Source: Octopus sinensis (Eukaryota). Taken from it: 64,000 nucleotides of DNA. The notes below the pieces were generated by a model that saw nothing but the letters and a program-made list of their open reading frames with translations, was not told where the DNA came from and searched no databases. The stretch spans positions 63,426,001 to 63,490,000 of the forward strand of contig NC_043007.1 of assembly GCF_006345805.1 (NCBI RefSeq). The letters are read 5' to 3'. Shown here piece after piece: positions 40,422 through 52,250 of the stretch. The position numbers and the translations under genes are program-made. Position 1 is the first letter of the stretch. Each line of letters opens with the position of its first letter.

Positions 40422-43400
40422 TCGGAAAATAAAAGAATCCTAACATCAGGCTACAACACGTAGCCTTAGATGCCAAGAACCCTTCTATCGGGTCACAGCA
40501 AGTAACCTTAGATGCCAAGAACCCTCCTAAGTATTCTAGCCGTCCCTAACCACACTATTTTCTGCAGCTGTACTAAACTGGCTTTTATGCCTATTTCCTC
40601 TATCCATCTGTTCAAATCTTTAGGGATAGTTCCCAATGCACCTATAACTACTGGGATACATTTTATCCGCACTTTCCATAGTCCCTATAATTCAATAGCT
40701 AGGGCCTGGTACTTTGCTATTTTTTCTATACTTCTCACATGAATTTTTTCATCATTTGGGACTGTAAAATCACTTATCTGGCGCTTTCTATTCTCTTTAT
40801 CTAATACTACCAAATTAGGCCTTCTAACTTCTATTACTTTGTCAGTCTGAATGTTGAAGTCCCACAATATGTTGTATTTCTTACTTTCTAGTACTTTACT
40901 AGATTCATGTTCATACCATTTATCAGTATATTTAAATCCTACCTTTCTACATAGCTCCAAATGGATTGCTCTCCCTAGATTGTCATGTCCTTTCTCGTAT
41001 TCTTTCTGTGCCAGCATGCTACATTTACTGACTGTATGAGTAACACCTTCCTCTTTTGACTTGCATAATCTACATTGGGAATCTACTTGGTTTTTGTCTA
41101 TCTTGACTTTCACCCAATTAGTCCTTAGTGGTTGATCTTATGCATTTACTAACAAACTTTCTGTCTCCCACTTCAGCTTTCCTTTCTGCAGCCACAACTA
41201 TGTCTCACTACTACTATTTGCTGAAACTATCTTTGGGAGTCTACCATGTAACACCTTCTCGTGTCAGTCAGATAATTTCTGGGGTTTTTAAGTTTGTTTG
41301 GTATTTTGGTTTCCCTATGTCTTGCTGTGACTCTAGCAGCTCTTAATAAATTTTCTTCGCTATTACCTACATAGGAGTCTATATCTACTCTAGCTAACTC
41401 CACGCAGCCTTCTACTGATATTAACCCTCTTCCACCTTCCTTTCTAGGAAATCTTGCTACTCCTTCCCTTGAGTGGAAACCTCCATTCATATTGAATTCC
41501 TTCCTAGTTCTTCTGTCTAGCTTTGCTAATTCAGTTTTTGTCCAATCTACAAAAGCTGCTGAGTATCTAAGTAATGATACTGCCCAAATATTTACAGCCT
41601 TCACTAGATTCAGATCATTTAGCTTTGACTTCATTAGCTTCCTCACCCTTCTGATGTACTCCTCAATTTTTGTTTTCATTTCTGTAGTTAGTACACTGTC
41701 AGATTCCAATACTTCTAGATACTTATAACTCTCTCCTCCTTTCAATGATTTTAATGTTTGGACATGTGGTAGTTGGATGCCTTTGCTGTTGACTGTCTGT
41801 CCCTTTCTCATGACTAATATTGCAAATTCCATGCCTATGTCAAATTCCACGCCTATATCTTTGCTGAAGAGTTTTACAGTCTGTATTAAGGAATCTATCT
41901 CATTTTCATTCTTACTAAAAAATTTCAGCTCATCCATGTAGAGCAAAGTTTTTCCATTACTATTTCTGAACTGATACTCTGCCTTTGCCTTCTTTAATAC
42001 TAAACTGAGGAGTATCAAACATAAGGCAAATATTAAAGGGGCAATGAGTCCCCATGGAAAATTCCTCTCTTGATATTAACTTTCCCTAAGAGTGTGTCAC
42101 CTGAGTAGAGATCAACTTGCCATTTCTTCATGCTAAAGCTAATTAATTCTCTTATCTTGTCTACTATACTGAATATACTCAAACATTCACTTATCCATGA
42201 GTGTTGGATCATGTCATAGGCTTTCCTACAATCTGTTCTAACTTTTACTTCTTTTAGAACTGCTTTGTCTACATATAATAGATAATGCATTCCTCTAGCT
42301 TTCTTCCTGCAACCTTTCTGTTCTTCTGGTATAAATTCTGGTTGTTAAGGTGCTCATAAATGTTTTCTAAAAGCATTCCTGTTAACAGCTTCCACACTAA
42401 TGGTAAGCAAGTGATTGGGTTATCGTTAATAGCTGTATTACCCTTGCTCTTATCCTTCATAATGAGTATTGTCCTCCCTCTAGTCATCCAGTCTGGTATT
42501 ATTCTTCCATTAAGGCAATTCTGAAGTTGTTTCCTCAACCTACCATGTTAACTACTGAATTTCTTTAGCCAGTACCCTTGGACTAAATTTGATCCTGGGC
42601 TCTTCCAATTCAGCATTTTTCCTAATACTTTACTCATTAATGCATTAGTTAATCTTAGATCTGGCTTCTCACTCACTACTTCTTCCCTCCCTTTCTTTAA
42701 CCATACTGCATTTCCATTATGATTGACTGGTTTATCCCAGATATTACTCCAGAACTTTCTAGCTTCCTCTGAATTAGGTTTCTCATCTTCAGTTCTTCAT
42801 TCAGTACTATTTATTCGGTTATAAAATCTCTTCTGGTCTGTCTCAAATAATCTATTCTGTTGATACTGATCTATTCTTTTCTGATATCTGGAGAGCTTGC
42901 CTGCTACTACTATGGTACGCTGTTTCAACTCTTCTATTATTGTCTCAAATCCTTTCTCTTTGACTAAGTATATTTCCGCAAGGCAGGATTTGCATCTTGT
43001 GTTTTCTAATTTGTTTGTTTTCCAGGCTTCTATTCTACTTAGATCTTGTCTTAAAGTCTTCACTTTATTTTGTAGTCTCCTTTTCCACATATGCTCTTTT
43101 TTAATCTTTTCCTGTGAGATATCTAATCTTCTGGTGACTACTACCCCGCTGCATAGATCAATAAATTAGTGTCTTCTATATCTTTAGTATGTATCCTACT
43201 GATAACAGAATCTACTTTCCTAGCCATTTCTTGTAGCTTCCTTCTGTTGCTGCCTTTTAATGTTCTGTTAAAAAATGAGAACTTTTAATCTAGGATCTGG
43301 CCACCAATTTATCATTTACCTGGTCATTTGCTCTTTATTGCCAAGTTTTAACTGGAAGGATGAACATTATCCAGATGGTTAATCATGACCCAAGTATTTA

Positions 43401-43560
43401 ACAGCCATAAATCCCATATAGTTGCGAACCAAAATTTTATAAACACAAATCCTCCAATTATTGGGTATAAGGCTACTAGGAAGAAGGGTATATTCAGCAA
43501 TAGAAATATCCACATCAAATATCTAGCTAGCATGATTCTCCATGTTTTAAACACTCCTTT
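40418..43560 (-). mobile_element. R4/Dong-clade non-LTR retrotransposon (RT + CCHC/restriction-like endonuclease), frameshifted
   Basis: PITCLPLVWKLLTG, DCRKAYDMIQHSW, IKRGIFHGDSL, LLYMDELKF, RKEGGRGL and CRLCKSKEEGVTHTVSKC...WDFNIQTD...RRPNLVV. The 3' end lies at an (AAT)n tract. Confidence 0.92.
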
Positions 43561-44843
43561 TCCCCAATGAAAAACTAAATTGATCCTCGCAAGACCTAAA
43601 CTTTTATTCTACCAATTCTAAAATGCTTTTATCACTATCAAATTGACTGTAGAAATGTTTTATAGTAAATTGCATTGGGTTGTTGATGTACTACAGAAGA
43701 CTGTAGTCATGTAAGTAGAAATGACCTAGTGGAGTTCTTCCTTCTTCATACTGTACTCATAGAGGTATTGTGAAGCTACAGACATAGCAAATCCATGGAG
43801 GTGTTAAACTCATGACTGAGTTCAAAATACTTTCAATTCACGCCCTACTAAGTTAAACATGGGAGAACATGTGTAGTTGTGAGCTGACATAGACACCCTC
43901 TCAATTCTCCATTCTTTGACTTGATGACACATCCAGGATACAACAGCTGGAGGTGGAGAGGGCTGCAGCAGCACTCTGCTAGTATTCATTTTCAGATGAA
44001 TTGACTAGAGCAATATGAAATAAAGTGCCCTGCTGAAAGATACAATGTGCTACCTGGTCTAAGAATTGAATCCACAAGATAATGCTCATGAACCAAACAT
44101 CCTGCTAGGCTACATACTTTCACAACAAATCTGATGACTTGTACAATATAAGTGAAATCAAATAGATTCAACCAAGAATCAACAATAGCTTGTAATTATA
44201 GCTTACTTGAGGCTTACATTACTTGCCATCAAAGTCTCTTGAGTTAGAGATACTGACTAACTATGCTTACTATTAGAATAAAAGCTAAATGAATATATAT
44301 ATATACATAGATTTATAAGTCCCTTGCTTTGTGACTCTTATATTATTAACTTTGGTCTTGAGATTTGTCTCTTTAAACTAATTTGACCACTTGAATGATA
44401 AGAAAGCTACAAATCCAGAAGTGTGCTTTAGTATGTAAATGTTGTATCTGGGTCAAGAAACACTTCACAGAGAAGCAAAAAAATTCAAACAATGTTTTAA
44501 AACAACAGGATATACACGATACAGAGACTTATCAGATTAATTTTACTGATTTTTAGAATACAATTCATTCTCTCATTTCAAAGTTTCCATAACTTATAGA
44601 AAATGAAGACACCACTCAAGCAAACATTTACATGTCTAACAGTAAATAAATGGTTTTACTGACCCTCGCATTTAGTCACTTAATCTTGAAAATATGTCTT
44701 AACTGTCAGAACAACCAAGCAAACAGACATTGTGACTATAAATTAATCGTTTTAGTTGTATTTATTGCATTATTTTTCTTTTGGTATAATTATTTTCTTT
44801 TTGTTTTAATTTTAAGTATATGGCTGCTGAAGGTGATCATGTA

Positions 44844-46118
44844 TCAGGTCATTAAGAATGAAATGTCCGATTTTGAACTGAAAGTTTATTTTACTTTATC
44901 TCAACAAAAAGCAATGCAGTCAATCAAAGTATACACCTAAATTATCAACACAGTTTTGCTATCTTATCGGTAGCTTCTTTATGCTAGCAGTGAAGAATTC
45001 TGGAGAGCAAGAGGTGATGAAATCATGAAAGGCTATTTTTGCATCTTCTTCAGATTTGAAGTTTTTTCCTTGTAAAAAGTTGTCTAATGCCTGGAAAACA
45101 TGATAGTCAGTTGGCTCAAGGTCTGGTGAATATGGTGGAGGATAGAGTACTTCCAAGTTCAGTTCCTGTAACTTGAGTAGCATTCTTTGTGCAACGTGGA
45201 TGAGCATTGTTTTGCAAGAGAATTGGCCTGTCTCTATTGACCAATTTCAGTTGTTTAACTGCCTGTTCACTCATCATTTCATCCAACTGGTTGATGTATA
45301 CATCTGCTGTAATTGACTTACCAGGTCTCATGAAGCTGTAGTGGATGACACCAGTGCTGGACAACCAAACAGACACCATTAGCTTTTTTGGCGAATTTTC
45401 TTTTTTGGATTGTGTTTTGGCACTTCATCTCTACCCAACCACCATGCAGAATGCTTGCTATTGTTGAAAAGAATCCATTTTTAGTGACATGTAACAGTAC
45501 GATGCAAAAATGGTTCGTTTTTATGTTGTGACAGCAAAGAACAGCAAGTTTCAAGATGATGTATCATTTGATGCTTGTCCAGTTTGTGTGGTACTTGTCC
45601 AGCTTCTTTACCTTGCTGATTTGTTTCAGATGGTCCAATACAGTTGGAATTGAAACATTGAACCTTGCTGCTAACTCATGTGTTTGAGATGTATCCGCTT
45701 CCACTACAGTTTCCAGTTCATCATTATCCACCTTGGTCTCAGGTCTACCATTGGGCTGATTGTCAAGAATAAAGTTACCAGACCGGAACTTCAGAAACCA
45801 TCGACATACAGTGCACTCATTCACCACATCTTCATCAAACACCTCATTGATGTTTCGAGCTGTCTGAGATGCATTGGTTCCATGACAGAACTCATATTCA
45901 TAAACAACACAAATTTTTGATCTCTTCATGGGTTCACAAAAATTGGTTTACAAGAGAAAACTTACTATATAATCAGACACCATGAATTGCATTTCAAAAA
46001 GTGACGATGTAACTCTTCCATGTTGTAAAACAAAGAATTGTCAGATAAAACATTAAAGTTAATGACTGCAAAAAAATGGTGCATAAGGAAATCGGATGCT
46101 TCATTCTTATTGACCTGA
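44844..46118 (-). mobile_element. Full-length mariner (Hsmar1/cecropia-like) with about 30-bp TIRs and TA TSD; transposase frameshifted
   Basis: TIRs are tcaggtcattaagaatgaa (left) and ttcattcttattgacctga (right), each flanked by TA. HTH region ORF at 45564-45929; catalytic pieces LQNNAHP and YSPDLEPTDYH. Confidence 0.93.
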
Positions 46119-46199
46119 TATATGTATGTGTAGATATATATAGTTACATTAGTGTATGTAAATGTGAGTACATATATCTGTATGTGTGTGTATGTATAT

Positions 46200-46355
46200 A
46201 TATTAGTGAACATATTGAGAAATGTGCAAAGCAATTGCTACCACAATTTATAATCTTTTCATTCTATCAATGTGCCATTGGAACACCAACACAAGTTAGA
46301 TTAAATAAGGAAACCTTCTTCATTGAAAAATATAAGCCAAAACTTAACCATTTCT
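46200..46355 (+). mobile_element. Penelope GIY-YIG C-terminal fragment
   Basis: SEHIEKCAKQLLPQFIIFSFYQC...RLNKETFFIEKYKPKLN parallels the end of the 35055 element. Confidence 0.7.
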
Positions 46356-46730
46356 AACATTTTTAAATAAGGAAACTCACCTCATTTAAAAAAATATAAA
46401 GCAAAACCTATCCACTTGTAACATTCAATTCCTTCTAAACCAAATCATGTTAAATTAATCAAGCCTAGTCATTCCCAACAAGCTTGATTATCTACCTGGA
46501 AAAAATCCCTGATTACCTTCCCCTGCCTGGAACTCCATATTTCACAACATAGCGAAGACATGACACGATATAGGTAAAGAAATTTGAGAAATTTGGAAAG
46601 AAATTTGGTTATTTCTCCAAAAAGTATGTTACTATACAAAAAATTTCATAACATTTTTCTAACATAATGATTTAAATACATTCTTTAACCATATAACACT
46701 AGCCTTCTGTAGTTTTTTCACTCTTTTTTG

Positions 46731-46812
<82 letters not shown>

Positions 46813-46981
46813 GTAGAGTGAATATCTGCAGTGGTTGGACATATTTGACATCTATTTTCAGGATACAGGCATGGTACCTTTCTGATGCAGCAGATATATA
46901 ATTGTTAAAGAGGTCAACAAACATTAAGGCAAGGCAAACATCTTAAGTCATATACAATATTATTATTGGTAAAAATTCAAA

Positions 46982-47037
46982 GTCTTACAGCTGTTTCTGG
47001 GATATCCCCAAGCATGGGATATTCTGTCATCAGAGAC
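46982..47037 (-). ncRNA. Type I hammerhead ribozyme motif, intact core, weakened stem II base
   Basis: Minus strand reads gtct CTGATGA cagaatatccc atgcttg gggatatccca GAAACAGCTGTA agac. Confidence 0.7.
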
Positions 47038-47084
47038 AAAAAGGGAAAAATATACCATTCTCATTTTCCCTATTTTCCCTATTT

Positions 47085-47140
47085 GTCTCTGATGATGGAA
47101 TATTCCATATATGGGTATATCCCAGAAACAGCTGTAAGAC
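47085..47140 (+). ncRNA. Type I hammerhead ribozyme motif, intact core
   Basis: gtct CTGATGA tggaatattccatatatgggtatatccca GAA ACAGCTGT A agac. Stem I is gtct/agac, stem III is the palindrome ACAGCTGT, and the GUA cleavage site predicts a cut after 47136. Confidence 0.8.
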
Positions 47141-47235
47141 TTTGAATTTTTTCCAATAATAATATTGTATATGACTTGAGATGTTTGCCTTGCCTTAATG
47201 TTTGTTTTCCTCTTTAACAATTATATGTATGTATG

Positions 47236-47269
<34 letters not shown>

Positions 47270-48588
47270 TGTATGTATGTATGTATGTATGTATGTATGT
47301 ATGTTTGTGTAGATATATATTCTTGCATTAGTGCATGTAAATGTGAGCACATATATCTGTTTGTATATATGTTGTTGTGTGTGTGTGTGTAATACAAAAT
47401 GGGACAAGAACGCTAAACATCTGGACAACTAACTAGGTGATACAAAAAGGGACAACAAAACATCCAGATAGACGATACAAAAAAACAAGGATGGGTCATT
47501 TGAAGCTTTCTATCCTCAGTCACGAACCGGATCATCCTTGCAATTTCAGCTGATTATATATATATATATATATTTATTCTAACTTGTGTTTATTCAAGTA
47601 TTTACATGCGTACATGAATATGCACATTGATTCTTTTTTTTTTCCTTTGGTCGTTGCCAATGGGGCAGGATGAACAACAATTTTCTCCTAAAAGCCATAT
47701 ATTAACCTTAAGATATCATGTAGTTGAAAAAGGTCATTTATATGAATATGTGTGCGTAATGGCAGGCACTTATGTATATGTTTATGTGTGAGTTTATAGC
47801 AGACAGTTACCAAACTACTCTAGCTAAAGTGAAATGAGAATATATAAAGAATGTGTGTGTCTATGTGTAATCATGTGCGTATGCATGCATATAACATTGC
47901 ATGCATATAACATTGCATGCATATGTAGATATGGATTAAAATAAGTATATTTTGTGTTAGTCTGTGTGCTTGTTAATATAACTGTGTGCAGGCTGTATGT
48001 AAGTGGTTACCTTGTTCTCTGTGTGTTTGGAGGGAGGGAGAGAATGGCTTTGTCTATAATAAAATAGTTTTTGTATGTGTATGTACAGGTTATGTGACAA
48101 GTGTTAAAGGTAGCAATGCAGGTGAACGTAGTGAAACAAGGAAAGAAAGCCACTCATTGTAATATTAACATAAAAATGTCAAAGATTAGAAAGAAAAAGA
48201 AAATTAAAAGAGAAAGGGAGAGTGAGAATAAGATAAAAAGAAGGAAGAAGAGGAGGTAAAGAAAGTAAAAGAAAGTAAAAGCCTGGCAGCTAGTGAAAGG
48301 GAATGAAAATGCAAAACAAGAGAGATGAGAGGAAGAGAAAGAAAGGAAAAGCTAGAAGAGTTGAAAGAAATAGAAAGAGAGAAGTAGAGAGTAAGAAATA
48401 CACAAAAGAGAATAACTGAGAAAAATAGAATATAAGGGTTTAAAAGGTAACAGTAAAATAGAGAAAAGGAAAGAAATAAGGAGATAGAGAGGGAGAGAGA
48501 GGGAAAAGAACTGAGAACAAGAAAGAAACAAAATATACAAAACAAAGAGAAAAATGAAAAATAAACCAAGTTTGGGAATAAAACATAC

Positions 48589-48675
48589 CTGTTCTTATAT
48601 GGAACCTCTTGTCTAAAACTGGTGAGGGCAGTTGTCTGTGATTAAGAGTAGTGTCAAGTAGATAAAGCAGTAGCA
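48589..48675 (-). CDS. Candidate orphan exon (V)LLLYLLDTTLNHRQLPSPVLDKRFHIRT(G), product unknown
   Basis: Branch/pyrimidine tract tttgaccccactcttaccag and donor AG|gtatgt; 87 nt with one fully open frame (phase 1-1). Confidence 0.3.
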
Positions 48676-48889
48676 CTGGTAAGAGTGGGGTCAAATAGAA
48701 AGTCCAGTTTTTAAGTGTGTGTGCATTTGTATACAACACAGACATACACACACACACATAGTAAATTTTTTTATATAAAATATTTTTATTCCCTCTCAAA
48801 CTTATCTTTATTTCTTTATTCTAAGTGACTGGACATAGCTTCTTTTGAACTTGATATCCCTAGATTATATATGCATACATACATACATT

Positions 48890-48934
<45 letters not shown>

Positions 48935-49009
48935 AACATGACGTCAAACATTAAGGCAAGGCAAAAAAACTCAAGTCATATACAATATTATTATAGGAAG
49001 AAATTCAAA

Positions 49010-49065
49010 ATCTTACAGCTGTTTCTGGGATATCCCCGAGTATGGGATATTCCATCATCAGAGAC
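49010..49065 (-). ncRNA. Type I hammerhead ribozyme motif, intact core
   Basis: Minus strand reads gtct CTGATGA tggaatatccc atactcg gggatatccca GAAACAGCTGTA agat. Confidence 0.78.
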
Positions 49066-49850
49066 AAATTGGGGAAAAAATATGAACAATGACAATGGTA
49101 TATATCAATAAGATGACAACATAGAGGAAGGGAGTAAAAGAATAAGGGGCTCTCTTTCCATCTTAATCTGTTTTAAAACCCATAAAAAATTATTTTTGAG
49201 TGGTTTTTGGGGGCTGGAACAAATTAGTTTTTTTTTCAGTTAATTTCAATGGGGAAAATTAATTTGTAAAATGAGTAAATTATAAGACAAGTTCAGTCAT
49301 GAAATGAATTAAACTCATACTGTAAGGTATCATTGGTGATGGTGTAACACACCATACTAATCATATCTGTCGGGCATGTGGAAGAGAGTGTAATTCGGTA
49401 GGAGGACTTAAACGATATGCAAAGGTACATAAAGCCCAGTTACAACTACAGCTGGCTATTACCAGTAAAGGTTTTAGTTGCCAATTTTGTACAAGACATT
49501 GGGCTAAAAAGTCACATTTGATCACAGCACCAGTAACAGTTAAGCTTCGTGCAATGGCCATACTCGATAACGAGGGGGCAGCCATAATAATAATAATAAT
49601 AATAATAATGTATGTATGTATGTATGTATGTATGTATGTATGTAGGTATGTTTGTATGTATGCATGTATGTATGTATGTATACTTGCATTAATATGCTGT
49701 CTTAAAGACAGTATGCTCGTTAGTGGTATTAAATTTTATACGTAGTGATTAAGTGATTGCATTTCTATTACATATATATATATGTATTTTTGTTATATAT
49801 TATGTGATATTTGTGTATATATGTGTATACACACACACACACACACTCAC

Positions 49851-49928
<78 letters not shown>

Positions 49929-49937
49929 AGTTAGCTA

Positions 49938-50712
49938 AGGCCAGTTTATAGGATTACCCTGGGTTTCACATCCATAAAGCATGTAACATTATGGTGTATC
50001 ATCAGATCCCAAAACTCATTGGCTTAAGGCCTCTCTAGCAAGTGGTGACAGTATCTCCATCAATGACTGATGACCACAACAACAACAACAACAGTACCAT
50101 TACCAACACTGGCAGAGACAGCACCAACAGTACCAGTACCAACAATAGCAGTACTAACAACAGTGGTAGCAGCAATGGCAACACCAACAGAAACAGCACC
50201 AAGAAAATGTTCAAACAATGCCTCTCCAACCAATATCTTCCTTCAGGATACTGGAAAAGTAATATGTTATGTCATTAGCCAGCCATGTATGGCAACTGAA
50301 AGACAATGGGATTCCATACACAATATCATGAAGAATCCTAGAAAATCCAGGCCCCTACATAAACAGGACCAGCACTGTAAACTATATGTAGTAGAATGGG
50401 TGAGGATTCTAAAGGACTCCCTCGACCTAGGGAACATTCTTAACTCCAGAACAGAGGTATTTGGACTGTGCTTGCATTTAAGGAAATTCCTGCTGCTCTA
50501 TTGGAACCCACAGGATAACAGGGTCACTGGCAATTGATAGCCAAAGTGAGACAATCCCCTATTGTTGACATTGAGTAGCAAGGTCCTTTCCTCCTCTAGA
50601 TTCTAGAGAGACTACTCACTAGAGAGGCCAACAGATTTTTGGATCCAATGATACACTGTAAAGCTAAATGCTTTATGGACATGAAACCCAGGGTAATCCT
50701 ATAAACTGGCCT
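49938..50712 (+). mobile_element. 5'-truncated Penelope-like element with inverted terminal repeats (HHR family A)
   Basis: Inverted arms 49938-50043 and 50614-50712. The internal frameshifted peptide LASHVWQLKDNGIPYTIS*RIL...NILNSRTEVFGLCLHLRKFLL resembles a PLE C-terminus. Confidence 0.8.
49950..50010 (-). ncRNA. Type I hammerhead ribozyme motif, intact core nucleotides
   Basis: Minus strand reads gggat CTGATGA tacaccataa..ttatggatgt GAAA cccaggg TA atcct. Stem III Accc-a-gggT has a 1-nt loop, which implies dimeric folding. Confidence 0.72.
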
Positions 50713-50791
50713 CATCTAACTTTATATTTATATTGTGTATTGCTCTATAACTTAGTGTGCTTCTTTTTCAGATTTATGCTTTACCAATGAA

Positions 50792-50852
<61 letters not shown>

Positions 50853-51409
50853 CATATGCACACACACATATATATATACGAGTGGACAAGTGAAAGAAGA
50901 GTTAGTAAGAGTTACATGTATTAATTACTTACGCTTGCCTGCCCCATACTCAAGGGCATGTTACTTGACTCCCCTGTTACTTCTATATGAAGCTGACGAT
51001 CTAACCTAGCACTAACAAATCATAGAAAAGCTGTCTCCACAATGGTGTTAGTTCTCCACTAACCTACCACAACACCCAACTCTGTCATATGCAGCAACAA
51101 ATGCAACAAACTGATGTTGCTAAATAAACCATACTACAATCTTCAGATATAGCGGTGACAGTTACCCACCATCATCCTGTCCAATCACGTGGGCCTAAGA
51201 GCAAAGATAAGATTTGACATCACTTTCAGACCAATAACACCATGTGGCCTGAATAGACCAATAGCAGCCTAACAGCTAAAGCCATCTTGAATTAGCTTCT
51301 TCCTGTTATTTAATCTCCAGGTGCCTGATTAATTAGGTTAGTTCTATGAGTCTACAAAATATTGAGTTGCATGGAGCTGGGTCAAACTATTATTAAACAA
51401 TATATCATC

Positions 51410-51960
51410 ATCATCATCATCATTTAATGTCTGCCTTCCATGCAGGCATGGGTTGGACGGTTTGACAGTAGCCAGCCAGCTAGAAGACTACTTAAGGCTA
51501 CTGTGTCTGTTTTGGCAGGGTTTTTACCTCCCTAACACCAACCACTCTGCAGAGTGGACTGAGTGCTTTTCATGTGGCACCAGCACAGGTGAGGTCAGTT
51601 TTGCCATAGTTTTTACAGCTGGGTGCCCTTCCTAACACCAAATATTCCATAGAGTGGACTGAGTGTTCTTTACATGGCACCAGTACAGGCAAGGTCAGTT
51701 TTGGCAGGGTTTTTACAGTTAGGTGCCCTTCCTAACATCAACCACTCTGCAGAGTGGACTGAATGCTTTTTACATGGTACCAGCACAGGCAAGGTCAGTT
51801 TTGGCATGGTTTTTACAGCTGGATGCCCTTCCAAATGCCAACCCTGTTACAGTGTGGATTTTTATGTGGGCAGTAGCACCAGCAGGATCACCATGTAACT
51901 TGCAATACAAGGAATTTTGAGAGGGGAAGGGGCATTGGAGGAGGAGATCTTGTGTCAGAT
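51410..51960 (-). mobile_element. RTE-type 3' end containing about 4 tandem copies of a 100-bp unit
   Basis: The ct(t/c)cc(t/a)aa(c/t)a unit starts near 51528, 51629, 51729 and 51828. Confidence 0.8.
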
Positions 51961-51963
51961 GAT

Positions 51964-52015
<52 letters not shown>

Positions 52016-52192
52016 AGCTTTGTAGTTTGCTTGAAGCATTGTAGTACAGAAGTAGAAAATGAAAGAAAAGGGAAATGAAATAAGCTTCCAACAATGCAAA
52101 AAATTTTTGAGCTCAAAATATAAAGGTTTTTTTGTAAAAATTTCTGCATTGTTAGAAGCTTTCTTTATTTCCCTATTCTTTGATTTTCTATT

Positions 52193-52250
<58 letters not shown>

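Larger units (their letters stand above)
46916..47206. mobile_element. Palindromic terminal-repeat pair (HHR family C), no ORF
   Basis: About 125-bp inverted arms with a spacer of about 40 bp; a third single arm lies at about 48945-49075. Confidence 0.85.

Noticed and set aside
44120-44170. CTGATGA...GAAA hammerhead-like string
   Set aside because: Stems II and III can be drawn, but the flanks cannot form stem I.
47400-47540. Repeat fragment with CTGAGGA on the minus strand
   Set aside because: No GAAA and no convincing stem II/III.
50070-50537. 155-aa ORF as a novel cargo gene
   Set aside because: The N-terminus is simple repeat and the rest is a frameshift mosaic of a Penelope C-terminus.
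51520-51900. Regularly spaced repeats resembling a CRISPR array (also 61660-61920)
   Set aside because: Whole units repeat without unique spacers, they lie inside RTE 3' UTRs, the genome is eukaryotic, and there are no cas genes.
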